A stretch of 64,000 nt of DNA from an uncultured Acidobacteriota bacterium (GTDB lineage: Bacteria; Acidobacteriota; Vicinamibacteria; Fen-336), in assembly GCA_963724555.1 (NCBI GenBank), contig CAVRVE010000028.1, positions 145,026 through 209,025 on the forward strand. Direction: 5' to 3'. Of the stretch, positions 8,951 through 17,782 are shown piece by piece. Position numbers and translations under genes: made by a program. The notes under the pieces are model-generated. The model was not told the DNA's origin, made no database searches, and saw only the letters and a list, made by a program, of their open reading frames with translations. The stretch's first letter is position 1, and each line of letters opens with the position of its first letter.

Positions 8951-11099
8951 GTGAGCCTCTCCAGGCAGATCTTCGTCGCGCTCGCCCTCGGGGTCGCGGT
9001 CGGGCTGTTCTTCGGCGAGAAGGTCGCGTTCATCGGCGTGCTCGGCAAGGCGTTCGTCCAGCTGCTGCAGATCACCGTCCTGCCCTACGTCGCCGGGTCG
9101 CTCGTCTACGGCTTCGGCAGCCTGGGCGCCAAGGAGGCGCGGCTCGTCTTCTCGCGCGGCGGCGCCCTGCTGATGCTGCTCTGGGCGCTCACCCTCGCAG
9201 CCGTGTTCCTCTCGCCGCTCGCGCTGCCGAGCGGCAAGGGCGGCGCCTTCTTCAGCGCCGCGCCTCTGGAGGCCGAGCACCCGATCGACTGGGTCGGCCT
9301 CTACATCCCGGCGAACCCGTTCAACGCGCTGGCCAACAACGTAGTACCGGCGGTCGTCGTGTTCGCCGTGCTGGCCGGCATCGCGCTCATGGGGATGAAG
9401 GACAAGCAGGCGCTGCTGCGGCCGCTCGCCGTCTTCAACGACGCGATGAGCCGCATCGGAACGATGGTGACGAAGACGACGCCCTACGGGATCTTCGCGA
9501 TCGCGGCCCACGCTGCCGCCACGCTGCGGCTCGACGAGTTCAAGCGGCTGCAGGGCTACCTGGTCGTCTACGGGGGGCTCGCCTGCCTGCTGAGCTTCTG
9601 GCTGCTGCCGGGGCTCGTGGCCGCAACCACCCACGTCCGCCGCCGCGAGATGATCCGCTCCTCGCAGGAGGCGCTCGTCACGGCCTTCGTCACGTCGAAC
9701 CTCTTCGTCGTGCTGCCGCAGATCGTCGAGAACGCGCGCGCGCTGCTGGCCGCCGGCGGTCCAGGCGACCAGACCGAGTCGGAGCTCGTCGACGTGCTGG
9801 TGCCCACCTCGTTCAACTTCCCGCACTCCGCGAAGCTCCTCAGCCTGAGCTTCGTGCCGTTCGTGGCGTGGTACGCCGGCCTGCGGCTCGATCTGTCGTT
9901 CTACCCCACGCTCGCGGGCGCCGGCCTGCTCGCCGTGTTCGGAAGCATCAACACGGCGATCCCGTTCATGCTCGACCTCGCGCGGCTGCCGGCCGACCTC
10001 TTCCAGCTCTTCGTGGTGTCGGGCGTGCTGAACAGCCGCTTCGGCTCGATGGCCGCGACGATGCACACGCTCACCATCGCGATCCTCGGCACCTGCCTCA
10101 TCACCGGGAGGGTCCGGATCGAGCGGCCGCGGCTCGTGCGCTACCTGGGGGCAAGTGTCCTCATGGTCGCGGCGTTCCTCGGCGGCACGCGGCTCCTGCT
10201 CGCGAGGGCGCTGCCGGATCCCGCCACGCGCGCCGAGGTGCTCGCCGCGATCCAGCCCCACGGGCCGCTCGCGCCGTCGTCGTTCGTCTCCGACCCGGCC
10301 CCCCCGCAGCCGCCACCCGCGCGCGGCACCCGGCTCGAGCTCATCCGCGCGAGCGGCCGCGTCCGCGTCGGCTTCGACCCCGACTCGATCCCCTGGGCCT
10401 TCCTGAACGGCGCCGGCACCCCCGTCGGCTTCGACGCCGAGCTCGCGCACCAGCTCGCGCTCGCGCTGGGCGTGCGGCTCGAGCACGTTTCGCTCCACCG
10501 CGAGCGCTTCGACGACGCGCTCGCGAGCGGCGCGATCGACGTCGTGATGTCGGGCCATCGCGTCAGCCCGCGCGCCGCGGAGCTCGCGGCCTTCTCGCGG
10601 ACCTACGCCGAGGACGAGGTCGCCTTTCTCACGCTCGACCACAGGCGAAGCGAGTTCGAGCAGGTCGAGGGCCTGCGCGCGCGACGGCTCCGGATCGCGA
10701 TCCTGAAGCGCCCGGAGTGGATCGAGGCGCTGTCGCGCGCGCTGCCGCTCGCCGAGGTGGTGACGGTGAGCTCCCCGCTCGAGTTCGCCGAGGGCAGGGT
10801 CGAGGCCGACGCCTACCTGACGTCCTGGTCGCGCGCGTGCGCCTTGAGCCTGCTCTACCCGGAGCTCTCGCCGGCGCAGCCGACGCCGTCCGTCGGCCGC
10901 TTCACGCTCGCCTACGCCGTGCCGCTCCGCGAGCCCGACCTGCTGAACGTGGTCGACACCTTCGTGGACGTGGAGCGGGCCAACGGCGGGTTCGAGGCCG
11001 CGCGCCGCTACTGGATCCTGGGCGAAGCCACGCGCGCGCAGCAGCCGCGCTGGTCGGTCGCGCGGAACGTGCTCGGCTGGTGGAAGGAGGACCCGGTGA
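8951..11099 (+). CDS. dicarboxylate/amino acid:cation symporter (DAACS/SDF family) fused to a periplasmic solute-binding (SBP_bac_3-like) domain
   Basis: N-terminal ~430 aa is polytopic (ITVLPYVAGSL, PYGIFAIAAHAAA, VTSNLFVVLPQ, FNFPHSAKLLSL). C-terminal ~280 aa reads RVRVGFDPDSIPWAFLNGAGTPVGFDAELAHQLA...IDVVMSG. In the raw sequence the frame stays open into the next gene. I place the end at TGA 11097-11099 (a GTGA overlap), assuming one indel near the 3' end. Confidence 0.7.
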
Positions 11100-12089
11100 G
11101 CTTCGTCGCCTGCCGGGTCTTCGAGGCGGGCGAGAGCGTCGCCCCGCGGCTCGTCCAGATGGAGCCGAGCGAGCTGTCTGCGGGCGACGTGGTGGTGCGC
11201 GTCCGCTGGTCGGGCATCAACTACAAGGACGCGCTCGCCGTCACCGGCCGCGGGAAGATCCTGAAGCGCTTCCCGCTCAACGCGGGCATCGACGCGGCCG
11301 GGAGCGTCGCGTCGTCCGACGACCCGCGCTTCCGCGAGGGCGACGCCGTCGTCGTGAACGGCATGGGCCTCGGCGAGAGCCACGACGGCGGCTTCGCGGA
11401 GCTCCTGCGGGTGCCCGGCGACTGGATCGTGCCGCTGCCCAGGGGCCTGACGCTCCGCGAGTCGATGATCCTCGGCACGGCCGGCTTCACGGCCGCGCTC
11501 GCGATCCACCGCATGGAGCAGCTCGGCCAGCGGCCGGAGCTCGGCAAGGTGGCGGTCACGGGCGCGAGCGGCGGCGTCGGCTCGATCGCCGTCTCGATCC
11601 TGCGGGCGCGCGGCTACGAGGTGGTGGCGGTCTCTGGACGGCCCGAGCACCACGAGTACCTGCGCCGCCTGGGCGCGCCAGGAGGTCAAGACGCCGGACG
11701 AGCTCGGCCTCGGCACGCGGCCGCTCGAACCCGCGCGCTTCGGCGGCGCGATCGACAACGTCGGCGGCGAGCTGCTGGCCGGCCTCATCCGGCACACAGC
11801 ACCGTGGGGCCAGGTCGCCTGCATCGGCATGGCCGCATCGTCGGACCTGCAGACGAGCGTCTTCCCCCTCATCCTGCGGGGCGTGAGCCTGCTCGGCGTC
11901 ACCTCGACCAACTGCCCGATGCCGCTCAGGAAGCAGGTGTGGGAGCGCCTCGGGGCCGAGCTCCGGCCGCCCGGGCTCGCCGAGATCGTGTCGCGCGAGA
12001 TCCCGCTGGCGCAGGTGCTCGAAGCCGCCCCGAGCCTCATCGAGCGGCGCTCGCTCGGCCGCGTGCTGGTGAGCTGCGGCGGCGCCTAG
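11096..12089 (+). CDS. yhdH: YhdH/AcuI-type MDR-family NADPH:quinone (acrylyl-CoA) oxidoreductase; one frame break
   Basis: Colinear with E. coli YhdH as I recall it: VRVRWSGINYKDALAVTGRGKILKRFPLNAGIDAAGSV, HDGGFAELLRVPGDWIVPLP, VAVTGASGGVGSIAVSIL. It has its own GGAAGGAGGA RBS 6 nt before the GTG at 11096. Frame break near 11677; the tail (ORF 11829..12089) ends RSLGRVLVSCGGA. Confidence 0.8.
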
Positions 12090-12178
12090 GCCAATGATGT
12101 CTGGCCGGGGCGCTGCGCCGGGTGATACGCTGCGGCGGGTCGGCGGGCGCCGCTCCGTCCCGCCGCGGGGAGGACAGC

Positions 12179-12772
12179 ATGAGCCGTTCCTGGTCGGGCC
12201 ACGCACCTTTGCGATTCGTCGGTGTCGCCCTGCTGTCTTGCGGCGTGCTCGGCTCGGCGCTGGCCCAGCCACCCGCGCAAGCGCCGTCCGCTCCGGCCTC
12301 GGCCGAGGCGCCGACCCCCGCCATCAAGAGCGTCTACGGCAAGCTGCTGAGCGTCGATACGACCCTCAACAACCTGCTGATGACCGAGGACGGCGGTGCG
12401 AAGCTCGCGTGGCATTTCGACCCGCCGGTGATCGCCGAGGCCGTGCGCTTCAAGCCCGGCGATCCGGTGATCGTGATCTACCGCCAGACTTCGCCCAAGC
12501 AGAAGCGCGTGACGGCGGTTGCCTTCCCCGGCTCGGCCAAGACGCCGATCTACATGAACCTGACGACCGAGCGGGTCGTGCTCAGGAGCGCCGCGGGCGT
12601 GAACGGCTCCTGCAGCCAGACGACCGGCCCCGTGAGCGAGTCGACGATCCCGGCCCGCGGCCTCGCGGAGGCGCTCGAGGAGTGCTGGTGCTGCGCGCCC
12701 TCCGGTCAGACCTGCACGCCGGGCAACAAGACGGGCCTCGGCCGGGCGCTGCTGGTGCAGTGCTTCAAATAG
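12179..12772 (+). CDS. hypothetical secreted protein with Cys-rich C-terminus
   Basis: ORF 12122..12772 trimmed to the ATG at 12179, preceded by GGGGAGGA. Signal-like FVGVALLSCGVLGSALAQ. C-terminus ECWCCAPSGQTCTPGNKTGLGRALLVQCF. I recognise no family. Confidence 0.6.
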   Translation: MSRSWSGHAPLRFVGVALLSCGVLGSALAQPPAQAPSAPASAEAPTPAIKSVYGKLLSVDTTLNNLLMTEDGGAKLAWHFDPPVIAEAVRFKPGDPVIVIYRQTSPKQKRVTAVAFPGSAKTPIYMNLTTERVVLRSAAGVNGSCSQTTGPVSESTIPARGLAEALEECWCCAPSGQTCTPGNKTGLGRALLVQCFK

Positions 12773-12781
12773 CCGCCTGAG

Positions 12782-13846
12782 CTACTTGCGGCCGGCGAGC
12801 CGCCAGAACTGCGACTCGTTGAGCAGCGTGATGCGGTGCCCTTTGGCGCGCAGGCGCTTGATCTCCATCAGCTTGAGGCCCGCCTCGCGGCCGGCGGCCT
12901 GGAGCGGGTTCGGCTTGCCGCGCACGACGACACTCGTGCGCACCGAGGGCATCCCGTGGAGCACGGCCCCGGCGCGCCGGGCCGCCGCCTTCGCTTCGCG
13001 CCGCGGACGGCTCAGGATCCCGGTGAACGCGAGGTGCACGCCCTTGAGCGTCGAGAGCCGTCCGGCCCGCGGCAGCGCGGGCGGGGTCTTGAGCGCCTCG
13101 ATCAGCTCGTCGGCGGTCTCGTAGCGCTTGCGCCGCTCGCCGATGCAGCGGTAGACGATCTCCTTCAGGTGGTCCGTGCACGCGAGCTGGCGGATCTCGT
13201 GCGGGCGGATGCGCGCCTGCGCGTCGCCCTTCACCAGCATGCCGATCAGCTGGCCCATCTGGTAGACGTCGTCGCGCGCGCGCCACTTCGGCACGGTGCG
13301 GTCCACGATGTCGCTCGGCGCCATCGACGGGTTGAGCGCGTCGACGAGCGTCCCGCGGCTGTCGGTCTGCTGGCGCACGAGGCCGAAGTCCCCGAGCTTC
13401 AGGCTGCGCCCCTCGCACACGAACACGTTCATCGGCGTGAGGTCGCGGTGCAGCACCTGGCCGCGGTGCAGCCGGCCGAGCACCTGCAGGATGCCCGCGA
13501 TCTCGCGGCGCGCGACGCGCTCGGGCCAGCCGGAGCCGTTCTTCACCAGGTAGGCGCGCAGGTCGCCGTGGCGCGCGTACTCGAGGACGAGGCAGTAGAC
13601 GAGGCGGCCGTCGGGCCGCACGAGCGGGAACGAATCGTAGACCGCGATCGCTCGCGGATGGCCGTCGAGCAGCTGGCCGAAGTAGGCCTCGCGCACCCAG
13701 GCGTCGCTCCTGACGCTCGCCTTGATGCAGACGGTCGCGGGCACGAGCGACGAGCGTCCAATCCGCTGGGCGAGGTAGACCTGGCCGAAGCCGCCTGCGC
13801 CGAGCAGCCGCTCGATCCGGTACTGGAGCTGCGACTGCGGGCTCAT
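12782..13846 (-). CDS. Ser/Thr protein kinase with C-terminal BRCT domain
   Basis: ORF 12782..14086 trimmed to the ATG at 13844-13846. Kinase motifs LLGAGGFGQVY, VCIK, HRDLTPMNVFV, LGDFGL. C-terminal ~85 aa LKGVHLAFTGILSRPRREAKAAARRAGAVLHGMPSVRTSVVVRG...ITLLNESQFWRL matches the LigA-type BRCT pattern. Confidence 0.8.
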   Translation of the reverse strand: MSPQSQLQYRIERLLGAGGFGQVYLAQRIGRSSLVPATVCIKASVRSDAWVREAYFGQLLDGHPRAIAVYDSFPLVRPDGRLVYCLVLEYARHGDLRAYLVKNGSGWPERVARREIAGILQVLGRLHRGQVLHRDLTPMNVFVCEGRSLKLGDFGLVRQQTDSRGTLVDALNPSMAPSDIVDRTVPKWRARDDVYQMGQLIGMLVKGDAQARIRPHEIRQLACTDHLKEIVYRCIGERRKRYETADELIEALKTPPALPRAGRLSTLKGVHLAFTGILSRPRREAKAAARRAGAVLHGMPSVRTSVVVRGKPNPLQAAGREAGLKLMEIKRLRAKGHRITLLNESQFWRLAGRK

Positions 13847-14037
13847 CAGCACCTGCTCCGGCGCGAGCAGCTGGCCGGCGTCCCGGACGCCGCGCCGCGC
13901 AGCGGCCGGGCCGGCCGGGTCCGCGTTGCGGCTGCGGAAAGGGCCGCGGCGGCGCGCTCGCGCGCGACGGTGGGTCGCATCCCCACAACCTAGCAGAACC
14001 CGGGGCTGGCCGAGGTCCGCGTGCGCTAGGATCGGGC

Positions 14038-15468
14038 ATGCTTCATTCGCGACTCGCCGTCTTTGCTGTGGCCTGTCTCTGGGCAACGGCTTCGGAGCCC
14101 GAAGGGCTCGGCAACTGGCCGCAGTTCCGGGGCACCAACAGCGCTGGAATCGCGGACTCTTCCAGCCTGCCCACGCGCTGGTCGGCGACCGACAATGTCG
14201 CGTGGACGGCGGAGCTGCCCGGGCGCGGCTGGTCGTCGCCCATCGTGTGGGGCGACCGGGTCTACCTGACCACGGCCGTGAACGCCGGAGCCTTCAAGGC
14301 CCCCTCGACCGGCATCTACGGCAACGACTACGCGGCGGAGCTGCAGAAGCAGGGGCTATCCGACGAGGAGATCATGAAGCGCGTCGTGGCTCGGGACATC
14401 GAGCTCGCCTCCGAATCGGACGAGGTGAGCTACCAGGTCCTTGCCCTCGACGCGCGGACGGGCAAGGTGGTGTGGCAGCGCGAGGCCCATCGCGGCAAGC
14501 CCTCCGGAGGACGGCATCGCAAGAACACCTACGCGTCCGAGACGCCGGCCACGGACGGCGAGCGGGTCTACGTCTCCTTCGGGGGCAACGTCGGCCTGTT
14601 CTGCTATTCGCGCGAGGGGACGCTGCTCTGGAAGCAGAGCTGGACGCCTCAGCCCATCTATCTCGACTTCGGCACCGCGTCGTCCCCGGTTGTCCACGAC
14701 GGGCGCGTCTACCAGCTCCACGACAACGAGGGCGAGTCGTTCCTCGTGGCCCTGGAGGCCAGGACGGGAACGATTGCCTGGAAGGTGAGCCGCACGGCCA
14801 ACGAAGGGCGGCTGAAGTCGGGATGGGCGACGCCTTTCGTCTGGCAGAACGAGCTGCGCACGGAAATCGTCACGGTGGGTCGCGGCCTCGTGATCAGCTA
14901 CGACAAGGAAGGCCACGAGCTCTGGCGGCTCAAGGGCATCACGCAGGCGACGCCCACCCCGGTCGCGGGCGAGGGCCTGCTCTTCGTGGGCTCCGGCTCC
15001 CAGGGCGAGAACTCGCGTCCCCTGTTCGCGATCCGGCCCGGTGCCGCGGGCGACATCTCGACGGCCGAGGGAGCTCCCCGGAGCGATTTCGTGAGCTGGT
15101 TCCTGCCCCGCTTCTCCGCCTACACCGGGTCGCCGCTGCTCTACCGCGGGCGGCTGTACGCGGCCAACGACAACGGCATCCTGCAGGTGGTCGATGCTCG
15201 GACCGGAAAGGAAGTCTACAAGGCGCGCGTGGGGGGCGGCGGCATCACCTTCTCGAGCTCGCCCCTCGCCAGCGCCGGGCGCATCTACCTGCTGAGCGAG
15301 GACGGCGAGACGTTCGTGCTGGAAGCGGGTGACGAGTACAAGGAGCTCGCGAAGAACAGCCTGGGCGAGATGAGCCTGGCCAGTCCGGCAGCCGACGCCG
15401 ACGGCTTGTACCTGCGAACCCAGACGAAGCTGTACCGGGTGCAGGTCCCGGCGTCTTCGAAGCCGTGA
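14038..15468 (+). CDS. PQQ-like beta-propeller repeat protein (secreted)
   Basis: Signal peptide followed by WPQFRGTNSAGI ... NVAWTAELPGRGWSSPIVWGDRVYLTT. Repeated ...G.VVW... blades run throughout the 476 aa. Confidence 0.8.
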   Translation: MLHSRLAVFAVACLWATASEPEGLGNWPQFRGTNSAGIADSSSLPTRWSATDNVAWTAELPGRGWSSPIVWGDRVYLTTAVNAGAFKAPSTGIYGNDYAAELQKQGLSDEEIMKRVVARDIELASESDEVSYQVLALDARTGKVVWQREAHRGKPSGGRHRKNTYASETPATDGERVYVSFGGNVGLFCYSREGTLLWKQSWTPQPIYLDFGTASSPVVHDGRVYQLHDNEGESFLVALEARTGTIAWKVSRTANEGRLKSGWATPFVWQNELRTEIVTVGRGLVISYDKEGHELWRLKGITQATPTPVAGEGLLFVGSGSQGENSRPLFAIRPGAAGDISTAEGAPRSDFVSWFLPRFSAYTGSPLLYRGRLYAANDNGILQVVDARTGKEVYKARVGGGGITFSSSPLASAGRIYLLSEDGETFVLEAGDEYKELAKNSLGEMSLASPAADADGLYLRTQTKLYRVQVPASSKP

Positions 15469-15596
15469 GGGGACCGAGTCTTAGCAGGTCGGAGCGGTTG
15501 CTTCACATCTCTTGACCGCCCTTGGCGCCTTCTGGCAGCCCGCCTCATGGGCGTCATGCGAGAATTTCGGAATCGTCGCGGCCCCAAAGCGCGGCC

Positions 15597-16463
15597 ATGG
15601 AGGGATCGTTGAAGAAGCTCGATGCAGCCGTTGGCGCGACACTGGTGGTGGCACTGGTTGGAAGCACCCCCTGTCGCGCCCAGGACGCCACACCCCTCCA
15701 GGATCCAGCCCCCCTCCAGGAGCCGTCGGCGGAGCCGGAGGCGCTGCAGCCGAGCAACCTCGACACCCGCAACCTCTTCGATCTGCCCGAGGACCGGCGC
15801 ACGATGGGCGCCTTCCCGAAGAACCTCGGCCGCAACATGATCGGCGTGTTCTCGGGCCAGAACCTGTTCCCGTTCGCGGTCGGCGCAGGCTTGACGACGT
15901 TCGCCTCGGCGTTCGACGGCCACACGGAGCAGGCGCTCAAGGGCGTCTGCAGCGTGTGCGGACACACCGGCTCGAAGATGGGCGGCGCCGCCATGGTGCC
16001 GATGGTGGGCGCGCTCTTCGTGGCGGGCCGCTTCGCGCCGCAGGGCCGGTTCCGCTCCATGACCTACGACTTCGCGCAGGCGCTGGTCGTGAACGGTGCC
16101 TACACGGGCCTGCTGAAGTACACGGTGAAGCGCGAGCGTCCCGACGGCAGCGACTCGCTGTCGTTTCCTTCGGGCCACACCTCGACGGCGTTCAGCCTGG
16201 CGACGATCGCCTCGCACCACTACGGCTGGAAGCTCGGCGTGCCCGCCTACGCGCTCGCGAGCTGCATCGGGCTCACGCGCATCGAGCAGGATCGCCACCA
16301 CCTGAGCGACGTGATCGCCGGGGCGACACTCGGGCTCGTCGTCGGCCGCACCGTGTCGCGGCTCGACTCGCAGGCCCCGGCCAAGAAGCGCCTCGTCAGC
16401 GTCGCCCCCGCGACCGACCCCCACGGTCAGGGCGTCGGCCTCAGCCTCTCCGCCAGCTGGTAG
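15597..16463 (+). CDS. PAP2-family phosphatase (membrane/periplasmic)
   Basis: ORF 15522..16463 trimmed to Met26 (MEGSLKKLDAAVGATLVVALVG). PAP2 signature KRERPDG ... PSGHTS ... TRIEQDRHHLSDV. Confidence 0.8.
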   Translation: MEGSLKKLDAAVGATLVVALVGSTPCRAQDATPLQDPAPLQEPSAEPEALQPSNLDTRNLFDLPEDRRTMGAFPKNLGRNMIGVFSGQNLFPFAVGAGLTTFASAFDGHTEQALKGVCSVCGHTGSKMGGAAMVPMVGALFVAGRFAPQGRFRSMTYDFAQALVVNGAYTGLLKYTVKRERPDGSDSLSFPSGHTSTAFSLATIASHHYGWKLGVPAYALASCIGLTRIEQDRHHLSDVIAGATLGLVVGRTVSRLDSQAPAKKRLVSVAPATDPHGQGVGLSLSASW

Positions 16464-16471
16464 CGGGCGCG

Positions 16472-16522
16472 CGCCGCTACTCCGAGCGGCGGCTCGACCC
16501 CCCGCCGCTACTCGAGCGGCGG
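16472..16522. terminator. two tandem GC hairpins between convergent genes (candidate bidirectional terminator)
   Basis: CGCCGCT-actccg-AGCGGCG (16472-16491) and CCGCCGCT-actcg-AGCGGCGG (16502-16522). This is a near-direct repeat of GCCGCTACTC(C)GAGCGGCGGCTC, right after the PAP2 stop. There is no U-tract, so function is uncertain. Confidence 0.35.
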
Positions 16523-17008
16523 CTCAGAGGGTCGCGCGGCGCCTGCACCACGTGCGGGTGCCGTTCCAGGATCCGCACGCAGGTGTTCCAGCGCAGGATC
16601 GCGTCGTCGTTGCCCGGCGGCCGCAGGCGCTCCGCCTGCTCGAAGAGCACCATCGCCTCGCGCAGCAAGTCGTGGGCGACGTGCCCGGAGGCCGGCCCGC
16701 CCTGCGCCAGGCGCGCCTTGGCGCGCCGCTCCGCGATGATGCCCGCGTAGTAGGCCCGCTCGTACTCGTCCTGGAAGCGGGGCACGAGCGCGCGCGCCTG
16801 GCTCACGGCGTTCGGGGCGTCCTCGTCGAACTGGTCGGTGAGCGCGAGCAGCAGCGTCGACGAGCGCCTGCTGGTTGTCGGGCTCCAGCCGCAGCACGTC
16901 GAGGCAGATGCTCTCGGCCTCGCCCGGCTCGTTGAGCAGCCGGTAGCGCTCGGCCTTCTCGAGCGCCGCGGGGACCGCCTCGCGCGACAGCGGCTTGAGC
17001 TCGACCAT
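16477..17008 (-). CDS. hypothetical helical protein co-transcribed downstream of sdhB; one frame break, 3' end uncertain
   Basis: ATG at 17006-17008 preceded by GGAGGGAG. MVELKPLSREAVPAALEKAERYRLLNEPGEAESICLDVLRLEPDNQQALV (frame of ORF 16508..17242) continues as STLLLALTDQFDEDAPNAVSQARALVPRFQDEYERAYYAGIIAERRAKA...ILRWNTCVRILERH (frame of ORF 16477..17613). Break near 16860. The last codons run through the hairpin repeats. Confidence 0.55.
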
Positions 17009-17030
17009 GCTCCCTCCTCGGCCCTTCGGC

Positions 17031-17782
17031 TCACGCCCCCGGGCGCAAGACGCGGAACAGCCGTCGCACCGGATCGTAGAAGCGGTCCACCACCCGCTCC
17101 TTGAGCGGGATGATCGCGTTGTCGGTGATCGTGATGTCCTCGGGGCAGACCTTGGTGCAGCACTTCGTGATGTTGCAGTAGCCGATGCCGTGCGCGTCGC
17201 TTCAGCTCCTCGCAGCCGGTCCTCGGTGTCGAGCGGGTGCATCTCGAGCGCCGCCGCGTAGACCAGGAAGCGCGGCCCGATGAACTCGCTCGTGCATCTG
17301 GTGCTCGCGCAGCACGTGGCAGACGTCCTGGCAGAGGAAGCACTCGATGCACTTCCGGAACTCCTGCACGCGGTCGACGTCCGCCTGCGCCATGCGCCAG
17401 GTGCCGTCGGGCGCGTCGGGCGGCCGCGGCTTGAACGGCTTGATCGTCTTCTTGACGCGGAAGTTCCACGAGACGTCGGTGACCAGGTCCCGGATCAGCG
17501 GGAAGGCCCGCATCGGCTCGACGGTGACCGGCTCGTCGAGCGGCAGCTCGTTGAGCCGCGTCATGCACATGAGCCGCGGCTTGCCGTTGATCTCGGCCGA
17601 GCACGAGCCGCACTTGCCGGCCTTGCAGTTCCAGCGCACGGCGAGGTCGTGCGCCTGCTCGGCCTGGATCCGGTGGACCGCGTCGAGCACGACCATGCCC
17701 TCGCTCGACCTCGGTCGCGTAGTCCTGGAACTCGCCGCCGGCCGCGTCGCCGCGCCAGATCCGGAAGGTCGCGCGCGGCCAT
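17031..17782 (-). CDS. sdhB: succinate dehydrogenase/fumarate reductase iron-sulfur subunit; about five frame breaks
   Basis: The reconstructed protein reads MAAR.TFRIWRGDAAGGEFQDYATEVERG.MVVLDAVHRIQAEQAHDLAVRWNCKAGKCGSCSAEINGKPRLMCMTRL...FRKCIECFLCQDVCHVLREHQMH..EFIGPRFLVYAAALEMHPLDTEDRL..LKR.DAHGIGYCNITKCCTKVCPEDITITDNAIIPLKERVVDRFYDPVRRLFRVLRPGA. The pieces lie in three frames (ORFs 17561..18115, 17202..17696, 16508..17242, 16477..17613). The ATG overlaps the sdhA TAA. Confidence 0.8.

Noticed and set aside
11090-11100. Apparent three-domain fusion of transporter, SBP and YhdH oxidoreductase in one 1048-aa ORF
   Set aside because: A strong GGAAGGAGGA RBS sits 6 nt before an in-frame GTG, and a GTGA start/stop overlap becomes in-frame if one base of the preceding ccc run is removed. 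Given the many single-base indels in this assembly, the read-through into yhdH is most likely an artefact.
8879-12040. 1053-aa ORF antisense to the transporter and yhdH genes
   Set aside because: Same reasoning: a shadow frame with Arg/Glu/Ala/Pro-rich composition, while the plus strand encodes recognisable domains.
13847-14086. N-terminal 80-aa extension of the kinase-BRCT ORF
   Set aside because: It is Arg-rich and non-conserved, and it overlaps the start of the divergent PQQ-propeller gene. The kinase domain begins right after the internal Met at 13846.
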